Counted from the first letter of the stretch, positions 42,657 to 53,041 are shown. The stretch is DNA of 64,000 nt from an uncultured Actinomycetota bacterium (GCA_963746335.1 CAVVAK010000006.1:156066-220065); one strand, 5' to 3'. Notes: a model not told the origin generated them from the sequence alone. Program-made: numbers and translations.

Positions 42657-43204
42657 GCGGGGCGCACGCCCAGCGGAAGGGTCTCCTCGATCTCATCCAG
42701 GCGTTGCCGGTAGGCCTCGGTCCTCACATCGTCGGTCCACATGATGAGCGCGTCCTCGCTCACCTCTTGGTAGTAGTTCCGCCGGATGCCGACCGGCCGG
42801 AAGCCGAAACGCGCGTAGATCCGCTGGGCCCCCCAGTTCGTCACTCGGACCTCGAGGGACACCGCCCGAGCGCCCATCTCGATCGCCTGCGGGATCAGCT
42901 CCGCCATCACGCGCGTCGCGATCCCGTGACCCTGATGCATCGGGTCCACGGCGACGTTGGTGATATGGGCCTCGTCGCCGTAGCAGATCAGGCCGCCGTA
43001 CCCGACGACCTCCTTGTGCACGCGAGCCACGAGGTAGCAGCGACTGTTCGGGTCGGTGATCTCCGCCGCGAACAGGTTGGGACTCCACGGACGCGCGTAC
43101 ACCTGCCGCTCGATCGCCATGACGCCGCGCAGGTGACGCCGGCGCATGCGCGTGATCTCAAGCGCCGGCGCTTCGCTCCCGCTTGTCCCACGCGATCTCC
43201 GCAT
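42653..43204 (-). CDS. rimI: Ribosomal protein S18-alanine N-acetyltransferase
   Basis: AHITNVAV, QGHGIA, LEVRVTN, RRNYY; between tsaB and tsaD; start may be 43147. Confidence 0.9.
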   Translation of the reverse strand: MRRSRGTSGSEAPALEITRMRRRHLRGVMAIERQVYARPWSPNLFAAEITDPNSRCYLVARVHKEVVGYGGLICYGDEAHITNVAVDPMHQGHGIATRVMAELIPQAIEMGARAVSLEVRVTNWGAQRIYARFGFRPVGIRRNYYQEVSEDALIMWTDDVRTEAYRQRLDEIEETLPLGVRPA

Positions 43205-43865
43205 CCGATCTCCTCAGGTACATCGGCACCACGTCGTGAAGCCGGTCGTGCTCCTCCCGGAGGAACCGCGGAACCGCGAGCTCCACCAGCGAAGCTGCCT
43301 CGGGATGCGCCCGGATCATCGACGCGAACTCGACCCGACTCCCCAGCCCCTCGAGCTGGTTCCGATACAGGATGGCACCGTCTCCGACCGCAAGCATCTC
43401 CTCCGGCAGGGTTTCGAGCTCAGCGCTGAGGTGGTCCGGTGTCGCCACTTCGTACTCGCTCCCCCTCACCACGCCTCCGGGGAGCGCACGGTAGATCGCG
43501 TAGAACACCTCGCCCCGGCGGCCGTCGATCACCGCGACGATCAGCTTGTGGGTGTGGCGGACCGAGAAGGCAAGCGCGTCGAGGCTCGTGATCCCGACGA
43601 TCGGCACGGCTAGCACCTGCGCCAGGGTCTTCGCGGTCTCGATGCCGACGCGGAGCCCGGTGAACAAGCCGGGCCCGATGCCGACCGCGATCCCGCCGAC
43701 CTGCGACAGCTCGATCCCCGTCCAACGACAGAGCTGGTCCAGGGCAGGCGTCACCGATTCCTGCCGAGCCTTCCCCGCCACCGAGACCATCCCGAGCATC
43801 TCCCGCTCCGTCCCGATCGCGACGGAGGTCTGTGGCGTCGAGGTCTCGATCCCGACGACGATCAT
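43158..43865 (-). CDS. tsaB: tRNA t6A biosynthesis protein TsaB
   Basis: GIETST, GPGLFTGLRVG, DGRRGEVF, PMYLR. Confidence 0.93.
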   Translation of the reverse strand: MIVVGIETSTPQTSVAIGTEREMLGMVSVAGKARQESVTPALDQLCRWTGIELSQVGGIAVGIGPGLFTGLRVGIETAKTLAQVLAVPIVGITSLDALAFSVRHTHKLIVAVIDGRRGEVFYAIYRALPGGVVRGSEYEVATPDHLSAELETLPEEMLAVGDGAILYRNQLEGLGSRVEFASMIRAHPEAASLVELAVPRFLREEHDRLHDVVPMYLRRSDAEIAWDKRERSAGA

Positions 43866-44383
43866 CGGGCAGCCCCGCCGGCCGCGGCCTCTCCGTGGCT
43901 CCGTCGGAACGGCTCGAGCGCATGCTCCAGCCGCTCCCATCGACCCGACCACGACTCTCCCCGAGGCGTGATCGCGATCCGGCGGGTCTCGGCGTCCATG
44001 CCCGCCGTCGTGAGCTCGACTCGCAGCCGGTCCTCCGGGAGGAGGTCGGACACGGCATCGCCCCACTCGACGAGGAGCACCCGGTCCGGTCCACCCAGCT
44101 CGTCGAGCGCAAGATCGACCACGTCTTGGACCCGTTCCAAGCGGTAGACGTCGACGTGCGCCACGTCCAGTCGACCCGAGTACTCGCGGACGAGCGTGAA
44201 CGTCGGAGAGGCGACGTGGTCTTCCACGCCAAGGCCGCGTCCGATCCCCTGAACCAGGGTCGTCTTGCCGGCCCCGAGATCGCCGGTCAGCACCACCGTG
44301 TCCCGAGGCAGGAGCAGCGATGCGAGCGCCTGACCGACCTCACGTGTCCGATCGGCGTTCTCCGTCTCGATCTCGATGACCAT
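43862..44383 (-). CDS. tsaE: tRNA t6A biosynthesis ATPase TsaE
   Basis: [26 protein letters not shown]. Confidence 0.95.
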   Translation of the reverse strand: MVIEIETENADRTREVGQALASLLLPRDTVVLTGDLGAGKTTLVQGIGRGLGVEDHVASPTFTLVREYSGRLDVAHVDVYRLERVQDVVDLALDELGGPDRVLLVEWGDAVSDLLPEDRLRVELTTAGMDAETRRIAITPRGESWSGRWERLEHALEPFRRSHGEAAAGGAAR

Positions 44384-44385
44384 GG

Positions 44386-45065
44386 TCAGAACAGCTCGAG
44401 CTGCTCCTCGGGAACGGGTTCGGCCTCCGGCACGCTCACGGGGACGGGCTGGGGGCCGGCCGCTTCCCCTCGGGGCACGACAGGCTCAGCCGGACGAACC
44501 AGCGCGGCGAGCGTCTCTCGCACCAGCTCGAAGTCATCCCGGAACTCGAGGAACTGGCGCGAGGACTCTCCGCCACTCCGCAGGATCGCGGACGGATGGA
44601 ACGTGGGGATCACGGTCCGACCGTGCCACGGGTAGGTGCGCCCGCGCATCCGCGTGATCCCTTGCGGGGTTTGCAGGACGAACTTCGTCGCGAAGTTGCC
44701 GAGCGTGACGATCACCCGAGGCTGGATCAGCGAGACCTGCTCGACGAGCCACGGCGTGCAGGACTCGATCTCGTCCTCCTGCGGGTCGCGGTTCCCGGGG
44801 GGCGGCATTTCAAGACATTGCAGATGTACACGTCTCCACGGTCGAGCGTGAGCACCTCGTGCAGCATGCGCGTGAGCAGCTGGCCGGCGGCGCCGACGAA
44901 CGGCTCGCCCTGCTTGTCCTCGTGGAAGCCCGGAGCCTCCCCGATGAACAGCACATCCGCATCGGCGTTCCCGACGCCGAAGACCACCTGCGTTCGACCG
45001 GTCGCCAGCCGGCACTTGGTACAGTCGGCCGCCTCGGCGGCGACGGCGGCCAGCGTGCGGGTCAC
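44386..45065 (-). pseudogene. Family-4 uracil-DNA glycosylase, frameshifted near 44795 (probably a sequencing error)
   Basis: Frame 1: [22 protein letters not shown]; frame 2: NRDP..EIESC, TLGN, FHPS. One base missing at a CCCCCCGGG run. Confidence 0.85.
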
Positions 45066-46120
45066 GCGGCCCCCTTCTTCTTGCGGACGCGCGACTTCCC
45101 GAGCTCGAACGCCGCGCGGGCGAACGATCGCAGCTCCGGGTTGACCCGCTCCGGCCGCTCCAGCATCGCGATGTGTCCCGCTCCCTCGACGATGAACAGC
45201 CTGCCCTCCGGAAGCGCCGCCGCGAGCTCGACGGCGACGGCAGGCGGAGTGACGCGATCTTGATCCCCCACGGCGACCAGGGCGGGCACGGTGATCCGGG
45301 GCAAGGCGTGTCGGAAGTCCATCCCCATCAGCTCCGAAAGCACGTCCGTCCATACGACCGAGGATGTGTGCTCGGCTAGATGCAGGACGTGGTGCACGAC
45401 GTCGTCCGGCGCCTCCGGGGCGAACTGCGTCACCCGGGCGACGATCGCAGAGACGTCACCCGGGCCCGCGAGGATGGCCTTGCGGAGGCGATCCACGCGG
45501 CGGGCGGCCGCGGCGAGGGAACCGAGCCGCGGCCGCAGGAGATCGGTCACCCCACCCATCGCGCCTCGCAGGAGGTCCGACGCGGAAGCGCCGAGGAAGA
45601 CCGCCCCGGCGATCCGGTCACCGAAGAGGTCCGGGCGCTGCTCGGCGAGCGCGAGGATGGCCATCGCGCCCATCGAGTGACCGACGAGCACGGCGCGTCG
45701 ATCCGGTGCGACCGTATCCAGCACCGTCGCCAGATCGCGGCCCATCGACCGCAGCGTCACGTCACCGCTCGCAGGCACCTCGGTCCGACCGTGCGCCCGG
45801 TGGTCGAGCGCCACGCAGCGGAACTCGTCACCGAGATCGGCCCACTGCTCGCGCCACGTCGTCATGTCGAGGCTGAACCCGTGCGAGAACAGCAGGAGCG
45901 GAGCGTCCGGTGGTCCCGTCGCGCGCACGGCGAGCTCGGCCCCGTCGAACGCCTCGATCGGCCCGAGGTCCTCGGGTGGAGGGGCCCACGAGCTCTCGTC
46001 CCCCGCAGGACGCCGTCGGCGCCAGAGCGCCCGCCCCGCGACCCCGGCGGCAAGCGCTCCTGCTGCGGCGACGGCGCCGACCGCCACCCGGGCGGGCGTG
46101 GTCGCCATCCGTCCGCTCAC
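45062..46120 (-). CDS. Alpha/beta hydrolase with N-terminal membrane anchor
   Basis: HGFS, DHRAHG, GHSMG nucleophile elbow, GAGH; downstream of alr as in many actinobacteria. Confidence 0.88.
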   Translation of the reverse strand: MSGRMATTPARVAVGAVAAAGALAAGVAGRALWRRRRPAGDESSWAPPPEDLGPIEAFDGAELAVRATGPPDAPLLLFSHGFSLDMTTWREQWADLGDEFRCVALDHRAHGRTEVPASGDVTLRSMGRDLATVLDTVAPDRRAVLVGHSMGAMAILALAEQRPDLFGDRIAGAVFLGASASDLLRGAMGGVTDLLRPRLGSLAAAARRVDRLRKAILAGPGDVSAIVARVTQFAPEAPDDVVHHVLHLAEHTSSVVWTDVLSELMGMDFRHALPRITVPALVAVGDQDRVTPPAVAVELAAALPEGRLFIVEGAGHIAMLERPERVNPELRSFARAAFELGKSRVRKKKGAA

Positions 46121-47214
46121 CCGTATCGCCTCGGCACGCGTTCGCCGATCCTGCTCACGATCTCGTATCCGATCGTCCCGAACAGCCGGCCGAGCGCATC
46201 TGCTCCGATCGTCTCGCTCCCCTGGCTCCCGATCAGCACGACCTCATCGCCGACCCGAACCTCCCCGTCACCGCAGTCCACGACCAGCTGGTCCATCGTG
46301 ACCGTTCCCGCCACCCGGCAGCGGCGCCCGCCGATCAGGACCTCGCCTACGTTCGTCAGCTGTCGAGGGTAGCCGTCCGCGTAGCCGACCGGCACCGTGG
46401 CCACCCAGGCGTCCCCCTCGAGCCGGTAGCGGTGCCCGTAGGAGATCGCCTCGCCGGCCACCAGCCGTTTCACGGCGCTCACCTGGCTCCGCCACGTGAG
46501 CGCCGGCCGCAGACCGAGATGAGCGCCGACGCCGGGCGCCGGCTCGATCCCGTAGAGCGCGATCCCCGGCCGGACGAGGTCGAGGTGGGAATCGGGGTGC
46601 AGGATCGTCGCGCCCGAGTTGGCGGCGTGGAGCAGCCGAGGCGTGACACCCGCCGACCTGACCGCCTCGGCCGACTCGAGGAACAGGCCGAGCTGCTCCT
46701 TCGTCGTCACGTCGTCCTCCTCCGAGCGCGCGAAGTGGGTGAAGAGGCCCTCGACCTCGATACCCGCCTCGTGCACGCGACGCGCGAACGCGGGCGCCTC
46801 CTCCGGCGGCCACACCCCCACGCGATGCATCCCCGTGTCGATCTTCACGTGCACGGGCACCGAGCCCCGTGCGGTCGCCGCGAGCCGGTCGAGACCCTCC
46901 ACTGAATACAGCGTGGGCGTGAGCCGATGGGCCAGCGCGACCGCTTCGGATCCAGCCGGGAGCTCCGACAGCACGAGGATCGGCGCTTCGATGCCTGCGC
47001 CGCGGAGCTCCAGTCCTTCCTCGACCAGCGCGACGCCCATCCAGGTGGCACCTCCGTCGATCGCGGCTCTGGCCACCTGCACGGCGCCGTGGCCGTACCC
47101 GTTCGCCTTCACGACGGCCATCAGCTCGACGCTCTCGGGCTTCAGGATCCGGGCGTTGTCGCGGATCGCCTCCAGGTCCACCTCGACCCAGGTGGGACGG
47201 TACGCCTCGTTCAC
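46117..47214 (-). CDS. alr: Alanine racemase
   Basis: AVVKANGYGHG PLP lysine, KIDTGMHRVG, RPGIALYG, GYADG, MDQ. Confidence 0.97.
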   Translation of the reverse strand: MNEAYRPTWVEVDLEAIRDNARILKPESVELMAVVKANGYGHGAVQVARAAIDGGATWMGVALVEEGLELRGAGIEAPILVLSELPAGSEAVALAHRLTPTLYSVEGLDRLAATARGSVPVHVKIDTGMHRVGVWPPEEAPAFARRVHEAGIEVEGLFTHFARSEEDDVTTKEQLGLFLESAEAVRSAGVTPRLLHAANSGATILHPDSHLDLVRPGIALYGIEPAPGVGAHLGLRPALTWRSQVSAVKRLVAGEAISYGHRYRLEGDAWVATVPVGYADGYPRQLTNVGEVLIGGRRCRVAGTVTMDQLVVDCGDGEVRVGDEVVLIGSQGSETIGADALGRLFGTIGYEIVSRIGERVPRRYG

Positions 47215-48743
47215 CTGCCCTCCACCTGCGAGAACGCTTCGGGGATCCGCTCGAGCACGTCACCCGCGAGCACTCCCTCGGCCAGATCCCTCCCCGCGAA
47301 GACACCCGCCAGCCCGTGGAGGTATGCGGCGGCGGCGGCCGACTCGAGCGGAGAGACCCCGCGGGCGAGCAGTCCGCCGATCATCCCCGTGAGGACGTCG
47401 CCGGTCCCCGCGGTCGCGAGCGCCGGCGATCCGGTGACGTTGACGAACAGACGTCCGCCCGGCTGGGCGATCACGGTTCGACTCCCCTTCAGGAGGGTGA
47501 TGGCGCCGGTCTGCTCCGCCAACGCGCGGACGTGGGCGGGGCGATCGGCATCGAGGTCGCGGGCCTTCACGCCGGTGACTCGTGCGAACTCGCCGACGTG
47601 CGGGGTGAGGACGGCGTCGGCCTCCCGGTCTTGCAACGCCGCTCCGTCGCCGGTGAATGCGTTCAGACCGTCCGCGTCGAGGACCAAGGGGACGGGCGAG
47701 CGCCGCACCGCCTCCCGTATGAACGCGACCGTCTGCGCGTTCGTCGTCAGGCCCGGGCCGATCGCAAGGGCATCGGCAGCTTCGAGCCGTTCGAGGAGCG
47801 GCGCGACCGCTTCCGCCGCCACGGTCCCTCGGCCGTCTCCGGCAAGGGAAGGAACGTGGGCTCGGTCAGGCCGGCCTGGATCTGCGGCATCGCCCCCTCG
47901 GGAGCCGCCACGGTGATGAGCCCGGTTCCGACCCGGCCCGCCGCACGTGCGATCAGGCGGGCCGCGCCGGTCATGGCGCGCGACGATGCGACGACGAGGA
48001 GCACACCCGACGCGCGCTTGTGTGTATCCGGATCGCGCACCGGCAACCACGAAGCCACGTCCGAAGGCTCCGTCAGCCACGCGCGGGCACGCACGAGATC
48101 GTCGGGGAAGCCGATGTCGACCACGCGGAGGATGCCCGGCGTGCTCGGCACCGGGCATCAGAACCGCGCCGAGCTTCACCGCACCGAACGTCACGGTGAG
48201 GCGCGCGCGCACGGCCTCACCCTCGACGACGCCGGTCGTCCCGTTCACCCCGGAGGGGATGTCGACGGCAACGACCGGAACACCGGCCTTGTTCAGGCTC
48301 GCGATCGCCCCCGCCCAGTCGTCCTCGGGCATACCGCGGAATCCCGTGCCGAAGATCGCGTCCACGGCGACGTCCGCACGTGCGAGCTCGCGCTGAAGGC
48401 TGCCTTGGTGGAAGGTCCGGAGACGGATGCCGGGCGCCTCCTCGAGACGTCGCGCGTTCGTGGCCGCGGGCTCCCGGAGCTCGCTCGGGTCCTCCAGGAG
48501 GACGACGGTCGTTCGCACACCCCATCGACCCAGGTGTCGCGCGGCGACCAGACCGTCCCCGCCGTTGTTGCCCTTCCCGCAGACGATCACCGCCCGGCGG
48601 CCGTAGGACCCACCGGCGAGGTCGCGGGCCGCTCGCGCCACGGCGCGACCGGCCCGCTCCATCAGCGCATCCGCCCCGACCCCCCGTTCCTGCGTCTCGC
48701 GATCGAGGGTCGACGCCTCGGCGGGGGTGAGGACGGGCTTCAT
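47211..48743 (-). CDS. nnr: Bifunctional NAD(P)HX epimerase/dehydratase (YjeF/Nnr) with two compensating frameshifts
   Basis: LMERAG, GKGNNGGDG, DAIFGTG, DIPSG; the middle (VVDIGF..THK..MTGAA) is in another frame between about 48136 and 47827; then IGPGL, DADGLN, TPH.GE, AGTGDVL. Confidence 0.88.
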   Translation of the reverse strand: MKPVLTPAEASTLDRETQERGVGADALMERAGRAVARAARDLAGGSYGRRAVIVCGKGNNGGDGLVAARHLGRWGVRTTVVLLEDPSELREPAATNARRLEEAPGIRLRTFHQGSLQRELARADVAVDAIFGTGFRGMPEDDWAGAIASLNKAGVPVVAVDIPSGVNGTTGVVEGEAVRARLTVTFGAVKLGAVLMPGAEHAGHPPRGRHRLPRRSRACPRVADGAFGRGFVVAGARSGYTQARVGCAPRRRIVARHDRRGPPDRTCGGPGRNRAHHRGGSRGGDAADPGRPDRAHVPSLAGDGRGTVAAEAVAPLLERLEAADALAIGPGLTTNAQTVAFIREAVRRSPVPLVLDADGLNAFTGDGAALQDREADAVLTPHVGEFARVTGVKARDLDADRPAHVRALAEQTGAITLLKGSRTVIAQPGGRLFVNVTGSPALATAGTGDVLTGMIGGLLARGVSPLESAAAAAYLHGLAGVFAGRDLAEGVLAGDVLERIPEAFSQVEGR

Positions 48744-49112
48744 CGGACGCGCGATGGCGAACGCCACCGCGCTCGTCTTCTCGTGGGTGAACGTGATCAG
48801 CACGTCGGTGACGCCGAGCGCATCGGCGCGGCGCTTCGCGTTGCCGTCGAGCCGCACCGCCGGAGCGCCGGACGGATGGCGGGTGACGCTGATGTCCTGC
48901 CACCGGCGTCCGCGGTAGCCGCCGAGCGCCTTGATGGTCGCTTCGCGGGCCGCGAAGCGGCCCGCGTAGGACTCCGCAGGCCGCGCCTTGGAGTCGCAGT
49001 ACGCGATCTCTTCGGGCGTGAAGACCCGATCCCGGAGGGTGCGGTGGCGCGAGATCGCCCGCTCCATGCGCGCGATCTCGCAGATGTCCACGCCGAGCCC
49101 GACGATGTCCAC
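48744..49112 (-). CDS. acpS: Holo-ACP synthase (in frame with nnr, no stop codon as sequenced)
   Basis: GLGVDI, FTPEE, RFAAREATIKALG, ITFTHE. Confidence 0.9.
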
Positions 49113-49122
49113 GGGAGCAAGG

Positions 49123-49695
49123 CTACGCCACGCCGCTTTCCTCCGGCCGCGAGCGACTTCGGAGGATGACCAACACGAGGACGAGAAGCGCGAGCGCGGC
49201 CGAGAGGCCGATGAGCGCGATCCCTTCGGTGCTCATCCCTGCGCTCACCGCGGCAACCTCCGGGTCGGAGGGGTGATCGCCCCCGACCGCGAGGAGCTGT
49301 GCCGGCGCCACCATGGAACACAGGTCTGACTCCCAGACGCCGTTCGAGCCTCGTTGAAGAAGCAACCCCGTCCGAGATGGGCCGAGCCGCTCCATCCCGC
49401 ACGCTGACCCCTGCGCGTGCGTCCGGACGATGGCCTTCGGCCCGAAGGCACCCTTCACCACTCGCTCGACCTCGAACGTGACCGCGGCCATCCCACCGCT
49501 GATCTCGGCGCGATCCACCCACCGCCCAACGAAAGCTCCGTCCGCCTCCGGAAGCCAGGTTGCGAGGTCCGGCTGCGCACAGGAACACGCGTAGGCGGGG
49601 GAGCTCCCGATAACAACGCCAGCGACCAGCACAAGAAGCACGGCGAGCCGGAACGAGCGAGAAGGAGCGCCGGGAGAGGGCATCACCGGGGCCAT
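49123..49695 (-). CDS. Secreted, C-terminally anchored TIMP/NTR-like protein
   Basis: Signal peptide ending AYA then CSC; AD.AFVG, FEVERVVKG, SACG, DLCS; C-terminal TM plus basic tail. Confidence 0.7.
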   Translation of the reverse strand: MAPVMPSPGAPSRSFRLAVLLVLVAGVVIGSSPAYACSCAQPDLATWLPEADGAFVGRWVDRAEISGGMAAVTFEVERVVKGAFGPKAIVRTHAQGSACGMERLGPSRTGLLLQRGSNGVWESDLCSMVAPAQLLAVGGDHPSDPEVAAVSAGMSTEGIALIGLSAALALLVLVLVILRSRSRPEESGVA

Positions 49696-49704
49696 GCCCG
49701 GACG

Positions 49705-51537
49705 CTACTCGACCGTGACGCTCTTCGCGAGGTTCCGCGGCTGATCGACGTCGCAGTCCCGCAGCCGTGCTACGTGGTACGCCAATAGCTGCAACGGCAC
49801 CGTTACGACCACGGGCGAAAGCAGCTCCGGCGTCTCCGGGACTTCGATCACGTGCTGCGCGACCTCGCGGATCTGTTCGTCGCCCTCGGTGGCGACCGCG
49901 ATCACCTCGGCGCCGCGCGCCCGCACCTCCTGGATGTTGGACAGCATCTTGGGGTAGACGTGACACGTGGTCGCGACCGCCACGACGGGCACGCCCTCCT
50001 CGACCAGCGCGATGGGTCCGTGCTTCAACTCCCCGGCCGGATAGCCCTCGGCGTGCACATAGCTGATCTCCTTCAGCTTCAGCGCCCCTTCGAGGGCGGC
50101 GGGGAAACCCGTGTGACGCCCGATGAAGAGCCAGTCGTGAGAGCCCTGGAACCGCCGGGCCAGCCCTTGGACCTGGGCATCCAGACCGATCGCCTGCTGG
50201 ACCTGCGCCGGCAGCTCACCCATGCGCGTCAGCACCTCGGCGATCTCCTCGGGGAACATCGACCCGCGGACCTGCGCGAGATACATCGCGAGGATGTACT
50301 GCGACACCATCTGGGTCGCGAACGTCTTGGTCGCCGCCACGCCGATCTCGGGTCCGGCGTGCATGTAGATCACGCCGTCGGCCTCCCGCGCCAGCGACGA
50401 GCCCACCGTGTTGGTCACCGCGAGGAGGCTCGAACCCTGACGGCGCGCGTGCCGTGCTGCCTCAAGCGTGTCGATGGTCTCGCCGGACTGCGAGACGGCC
50501 AAGGTGAGGGTGTTGGGACCGAGGACCGGGTCCCGATATCGGAACTCGCTCGCGATGTCGATCTCGACGGGCAGCCGGGTCCAATGCTCGATCGCATACT
50601 TCGCCACGAGGCCGGAGTGGTAGGCGGTGCCGCAGGCGACCACGAACACCTTGTCGACCTCCCGCAGCACGTCGTCGGAGATCCGGAGGTCGTCCAGGAC
50701 GAGTCGCCGGTGCTCGTCGACGCGCCCGACCAGCGTGTCCCGGATCGCCGCCGGTTGCTCGTGGATCTCCTTCAACATGAAGGTGTCGAAGCCGCCCTTC
50801 TCCGCCTTCGCCGCATCCCAGTCGACCGTGATCGACTCCGGGTTCGCCGGGCTGCCGTCGAAGTCGGTGAACGTCGCGCCGTCCGCCCGGACCTCGACGA
50901 TGCGGCCTTCGTCCACGGGGATCACGGTGGACGTCCGCCCCAGGATCGCCGGGATGTCTGAGGCGAGGATCATCTCGCCGTCGCCGACCCCCACCACCAA
51001 CGGCGAAGCCACCTTCACCCCGACCAGGAGTCCGGGCTCCTCCGAGGAACAGACGACGAGCGAGTAGGCGCCCTCGAGCTCCTTCACGGTGCTTCGGACA
51101 CCTTCCACCAGCGACACGCCCTCCCGGAGCCGCTCCTCGATGAGATGGGCGACCAGCTCGGTGTCGGTTTCGGAGGCGAGCGTGTGACCGTCCTTCTCGA
51201 GTCGTGCCCGGAGCTGCGAGAAGTTCTCGATGATCCCGTTGTGGATCACGGCGACGGTGCCCGAGCAGTCGAGGTGCGGATGGGCATTGCGGTCCGTGGG
51301 CGCGCCGTGCGTGGCCCAGCGCGTGTGTCCCATCGCCACCCTGCCGGCCGGATGGCCGTCGAGGTCGAGCGCCGTCTCCAGCTCCGCGAGCTTCCCGGCC
51401 CGCTTGACGACGGTCAGTCTGCCGTCGAGCACCGCGACGCCTGCCGAGTCGTATCCGCGGTACTCCAGACGTCGGAGTCCTTCGAGGACGATCGGGAGGG
51501 CTTGCTCGGGGCCTACGTAGCCCACGATGCCGCACAT
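49705..51537 (-). CDS. glmS: Glutamine--fructose-6-phosphate aminotransferase
   Basis: MCGIVG, EYRGYDSAG, HTRWATHG, SQSGET, LKLKE, PRNLAKSVTVE. Confidence 0.98.
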   Translation of the reverse strand: MCGIVGYVGPEQALPIVLEGLRRLEYRGYDSAGVAVLDGRLTVVKRAGKLAELETALDLDGHPAGRVAMGHTRWATHGAPTDRNAHPHLDCSGTVAVIHNGIIENFSQLRARLEKDGHTLASETDTELVAHLIEERLREGVSLVEGVRSTVKELEGAYSLVVCSSEEPGLLVGVKVASPLVVGVGDGEMILASDIPAILGRTSTVIPVDEGRIVEVRADGATFTDFDGSPANPESITVDWDAAKAEKGGFDTFMLKEIHEQPAAIRDTLVGRVDEHRRLVLDDLRISDDVLREVDKVFVVACGTAYHSGLVAKYAIEHWTRLPVEIDIASEFRYRDPVLGPNTLTLAVSQSGETIDTLEAARHARRQGSSLLAVTNTVGSSLAREADGVIYMHAGPEIGVAATKTFATQMVSQYILAMYLAQVRGSMFPEEIAEVLTRMGELPAQVQQAIGLDAQVQGLARRFQGSHDWLFIGRHTGFPAALEGALKLKEISYVHAEGYPAGELKHGPIALVEEGVPVVAVATTCHVYPKMLSNIQEVRARGAEVIAVATEGDEQIREVAQHVIEVPETPELLSPVVVTVPLQLLAYHVARLRDCDVDQPRNLAKSVTVE

Positions 51538-51585
51538 AGGGCCACGAGCGTAGCAGCGCCCTGGAGGATCCAGGGGAAGGGGCGC

Positions 51586-52917
51586 TCAGGCCCCCAGGTG
51601 CTCGCGTACCTCGCCCGCGATGGCGTCAGCGTGGCGTCGAGCCACGGCTTCCGTCTCCGCCTCGACCATGACGCGGACGAGGGGCTCGGTGCCCGAGGCC
51701 CGGACGAGCACGCGTCCCGAATCGGCGAGCTCCTCCTCGGCGGCCCTCACCGCGTCCCAGACCGGGGCCGAGCCGTCGAGCTCCGCGAGGCTCCTGACGT
51801 GGACGTTCTCCATCACCTGGGGGTAGTGCTGCATGACCGCGGCGAGATCGGCCACGGTCCGGCCCGTCCCCGCCGCGAGCGAGAGGAAGCGGATCGCCGT
51901 CAAGAGCCCGTCGCCCGTCGTCGCGTCGTCCCGGAAGATCAGATGCCCGGACTGCTCACCCCCGAGCATCACACCCTCCTCGAGCATCTCTTCGAGGACG
52001 TACCGATCGCCCACCTTGGTGGCCGAAACGGTGATGCCGGCATCCATCATCGCCCGATGGAACCCGAGGTTCGCCATGACGGTCGTGACCACGGCGTCGT
52101 GGGGCAGCGTGCCCGCCTCCTTCATCGCGATCGCGCAGGCGGCCAGGATCTGATCGCCGTCGATGACCCGGCCCCGATGGTCGACGAACAGGGCGCGGTC
52201 GGCGTCGCCGTCGTGGGACACGCCGGCGTCGGCGCCCAGCTCCACGACAGCGGCCCCGGCCACCTCCGGGTGCAACGCCCCGCAACCGACGTTGATGTTG
52301 CGTCCGTTGGGAGACGCGTGGATCGCGTGGACGGTCGCCCCGAGTCGCTCATAGAGCAGCGGAGCCAGCTTGGAGGCGGCTCCGTTGGCGCAGTCGACGA
52401 CGATGGTCATCCCGTCGAGGCGGGCACGGGTCGCCTCGACGAGATGTGCCAGATACCGTTCGCGGCCACCTTTGAGGACCTGGATCGAGCCTTCGGCGAC
52501 GGTCGCAGGGACCGGATCTCGGAGGGCCGCCTCGATCTTGTCCTCGACGCCGTCGGGCAGCTTCATCCCGTCGCTGCCGAAGAACTTGATGCCGTTGTAT
52601 TCGGGTGGGTTGTGGGACGCGGAGATGACGACCCCCGCGTCGGCGCCGGCGTCGATGGTCAGGAACGCAACTGCCGGCGTGGGCTCGACACCGGCCAGGA
52701 GCACGTCGCCTCCGGCCTCGTGGATACCGCTCACGAGCGCGTCCTCGAGCCAGGTGCCCGACTCGCGGGGATCGCGACCCAGCAGCAAGACAGGACGGTG
52801 CCCAGCCTCCACAGCCAGCACTGTCACGGCTGCCCGGCCGAGCCCGCGCGCGAGCTCCGCGGTGAGCTCGGAGCCGGCGACACCCCGGACGCCGTCGGTC
52901 CCGAAGAGACGGCCCAT
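51586..52917 (-). CDS. glmM: Phosphoglucosamine mutase
   Basis: FGTDGVRG, SASHNP, DGDADR, GGEQSGH, RASGTEP. Confidence 0.97.
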   Translation of the reverse strand: MGRLFGTDGVRGVAGSELTAELARGLGRAAVTVLAVEAGHRPVLLLGRDPRESGTWLEDALVSGIHEAGGDVLLAGVEPTPAVAFLTIDAGADAGVVISASHNPPEYNGIKFFGSDGMKLPDGVEDKIEAALRDPVPATVAEGSIQVLKGGRERYLAHLVEATRARLDGMTIVVDCANGAASKLAPLLYERLGATVHAIHASPNGRNINVGCGALHPEVAGAAVVELGADAGVSHDGDADRALFVDHRGRVIDGDQILAACAIAMKEAGTLPHDAVVTTVMANLGFHRAMMDAGITVSATKVGDRYVLEEMLEEGVMLGGEQSGHLIFRDDATTGDGLLTAIRFLSLAAGTGRTVADLAAVMQHYPQVMENVHVRSLAELDGSAPVWDAVRAAEEELADSGRVLVRASGTEPLVRVMVEAETEAVARRHADAIAGEVREHLGA

Positions 52918-52939
52918 GGGCAGGTGATGCTACCTGCGG

Positions 52940-52978
52940 GCGCCGGGACGCGGGGCCTCACGGCCCCGCGCCCGGCGC
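52940..52978 (-). terminator. Hairpin after the Cys-rich micro-ORF
   Basis: GCGCCGGG(A)CGCGGGGCC-TCAC-GGCCCCGCGCCCGGCGC, long stem with one bulge, 12 nt past the stop. Confidence 0.7.
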
Positions 52979-52990
52979 AAATGGGTCATC

Positions 52991-53041
52991 TCAGCAGCAA
53001 CCCGGTGGGCAGCAGTCGGGCGGGCAACACGGATCGTTCAT
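52991..53041 (-). CDS. Cys-rich 16-aa micropeptide MNDPCCPPDCCPPGCC
   Basis: ATG AAC GAT CCG TGT TGC CCG CCC GAC TGC TGC CCA CCG GGT TGC TGC TGA, preceded by AAGGAGGTGA (53049-53058) 7 nt upstream; followed by a hairpin. Confidence 0.82.
   Translation of the reverse strand: MNDPCCPPDCCPPGCC

Noticed and set aside
51538-51585. glmS ribozyme
   Set aside because: Gap is only 48 bp and holds a -10 box close to the ATG; no room for the ribozyme.
52946-52993. Selenocysteine readthrough of the micropeptide TGA
   Set aside because: The downstream hairpin is a long GC stem better explained as a terminator, and another in-frame TGA follows within 11 codons.
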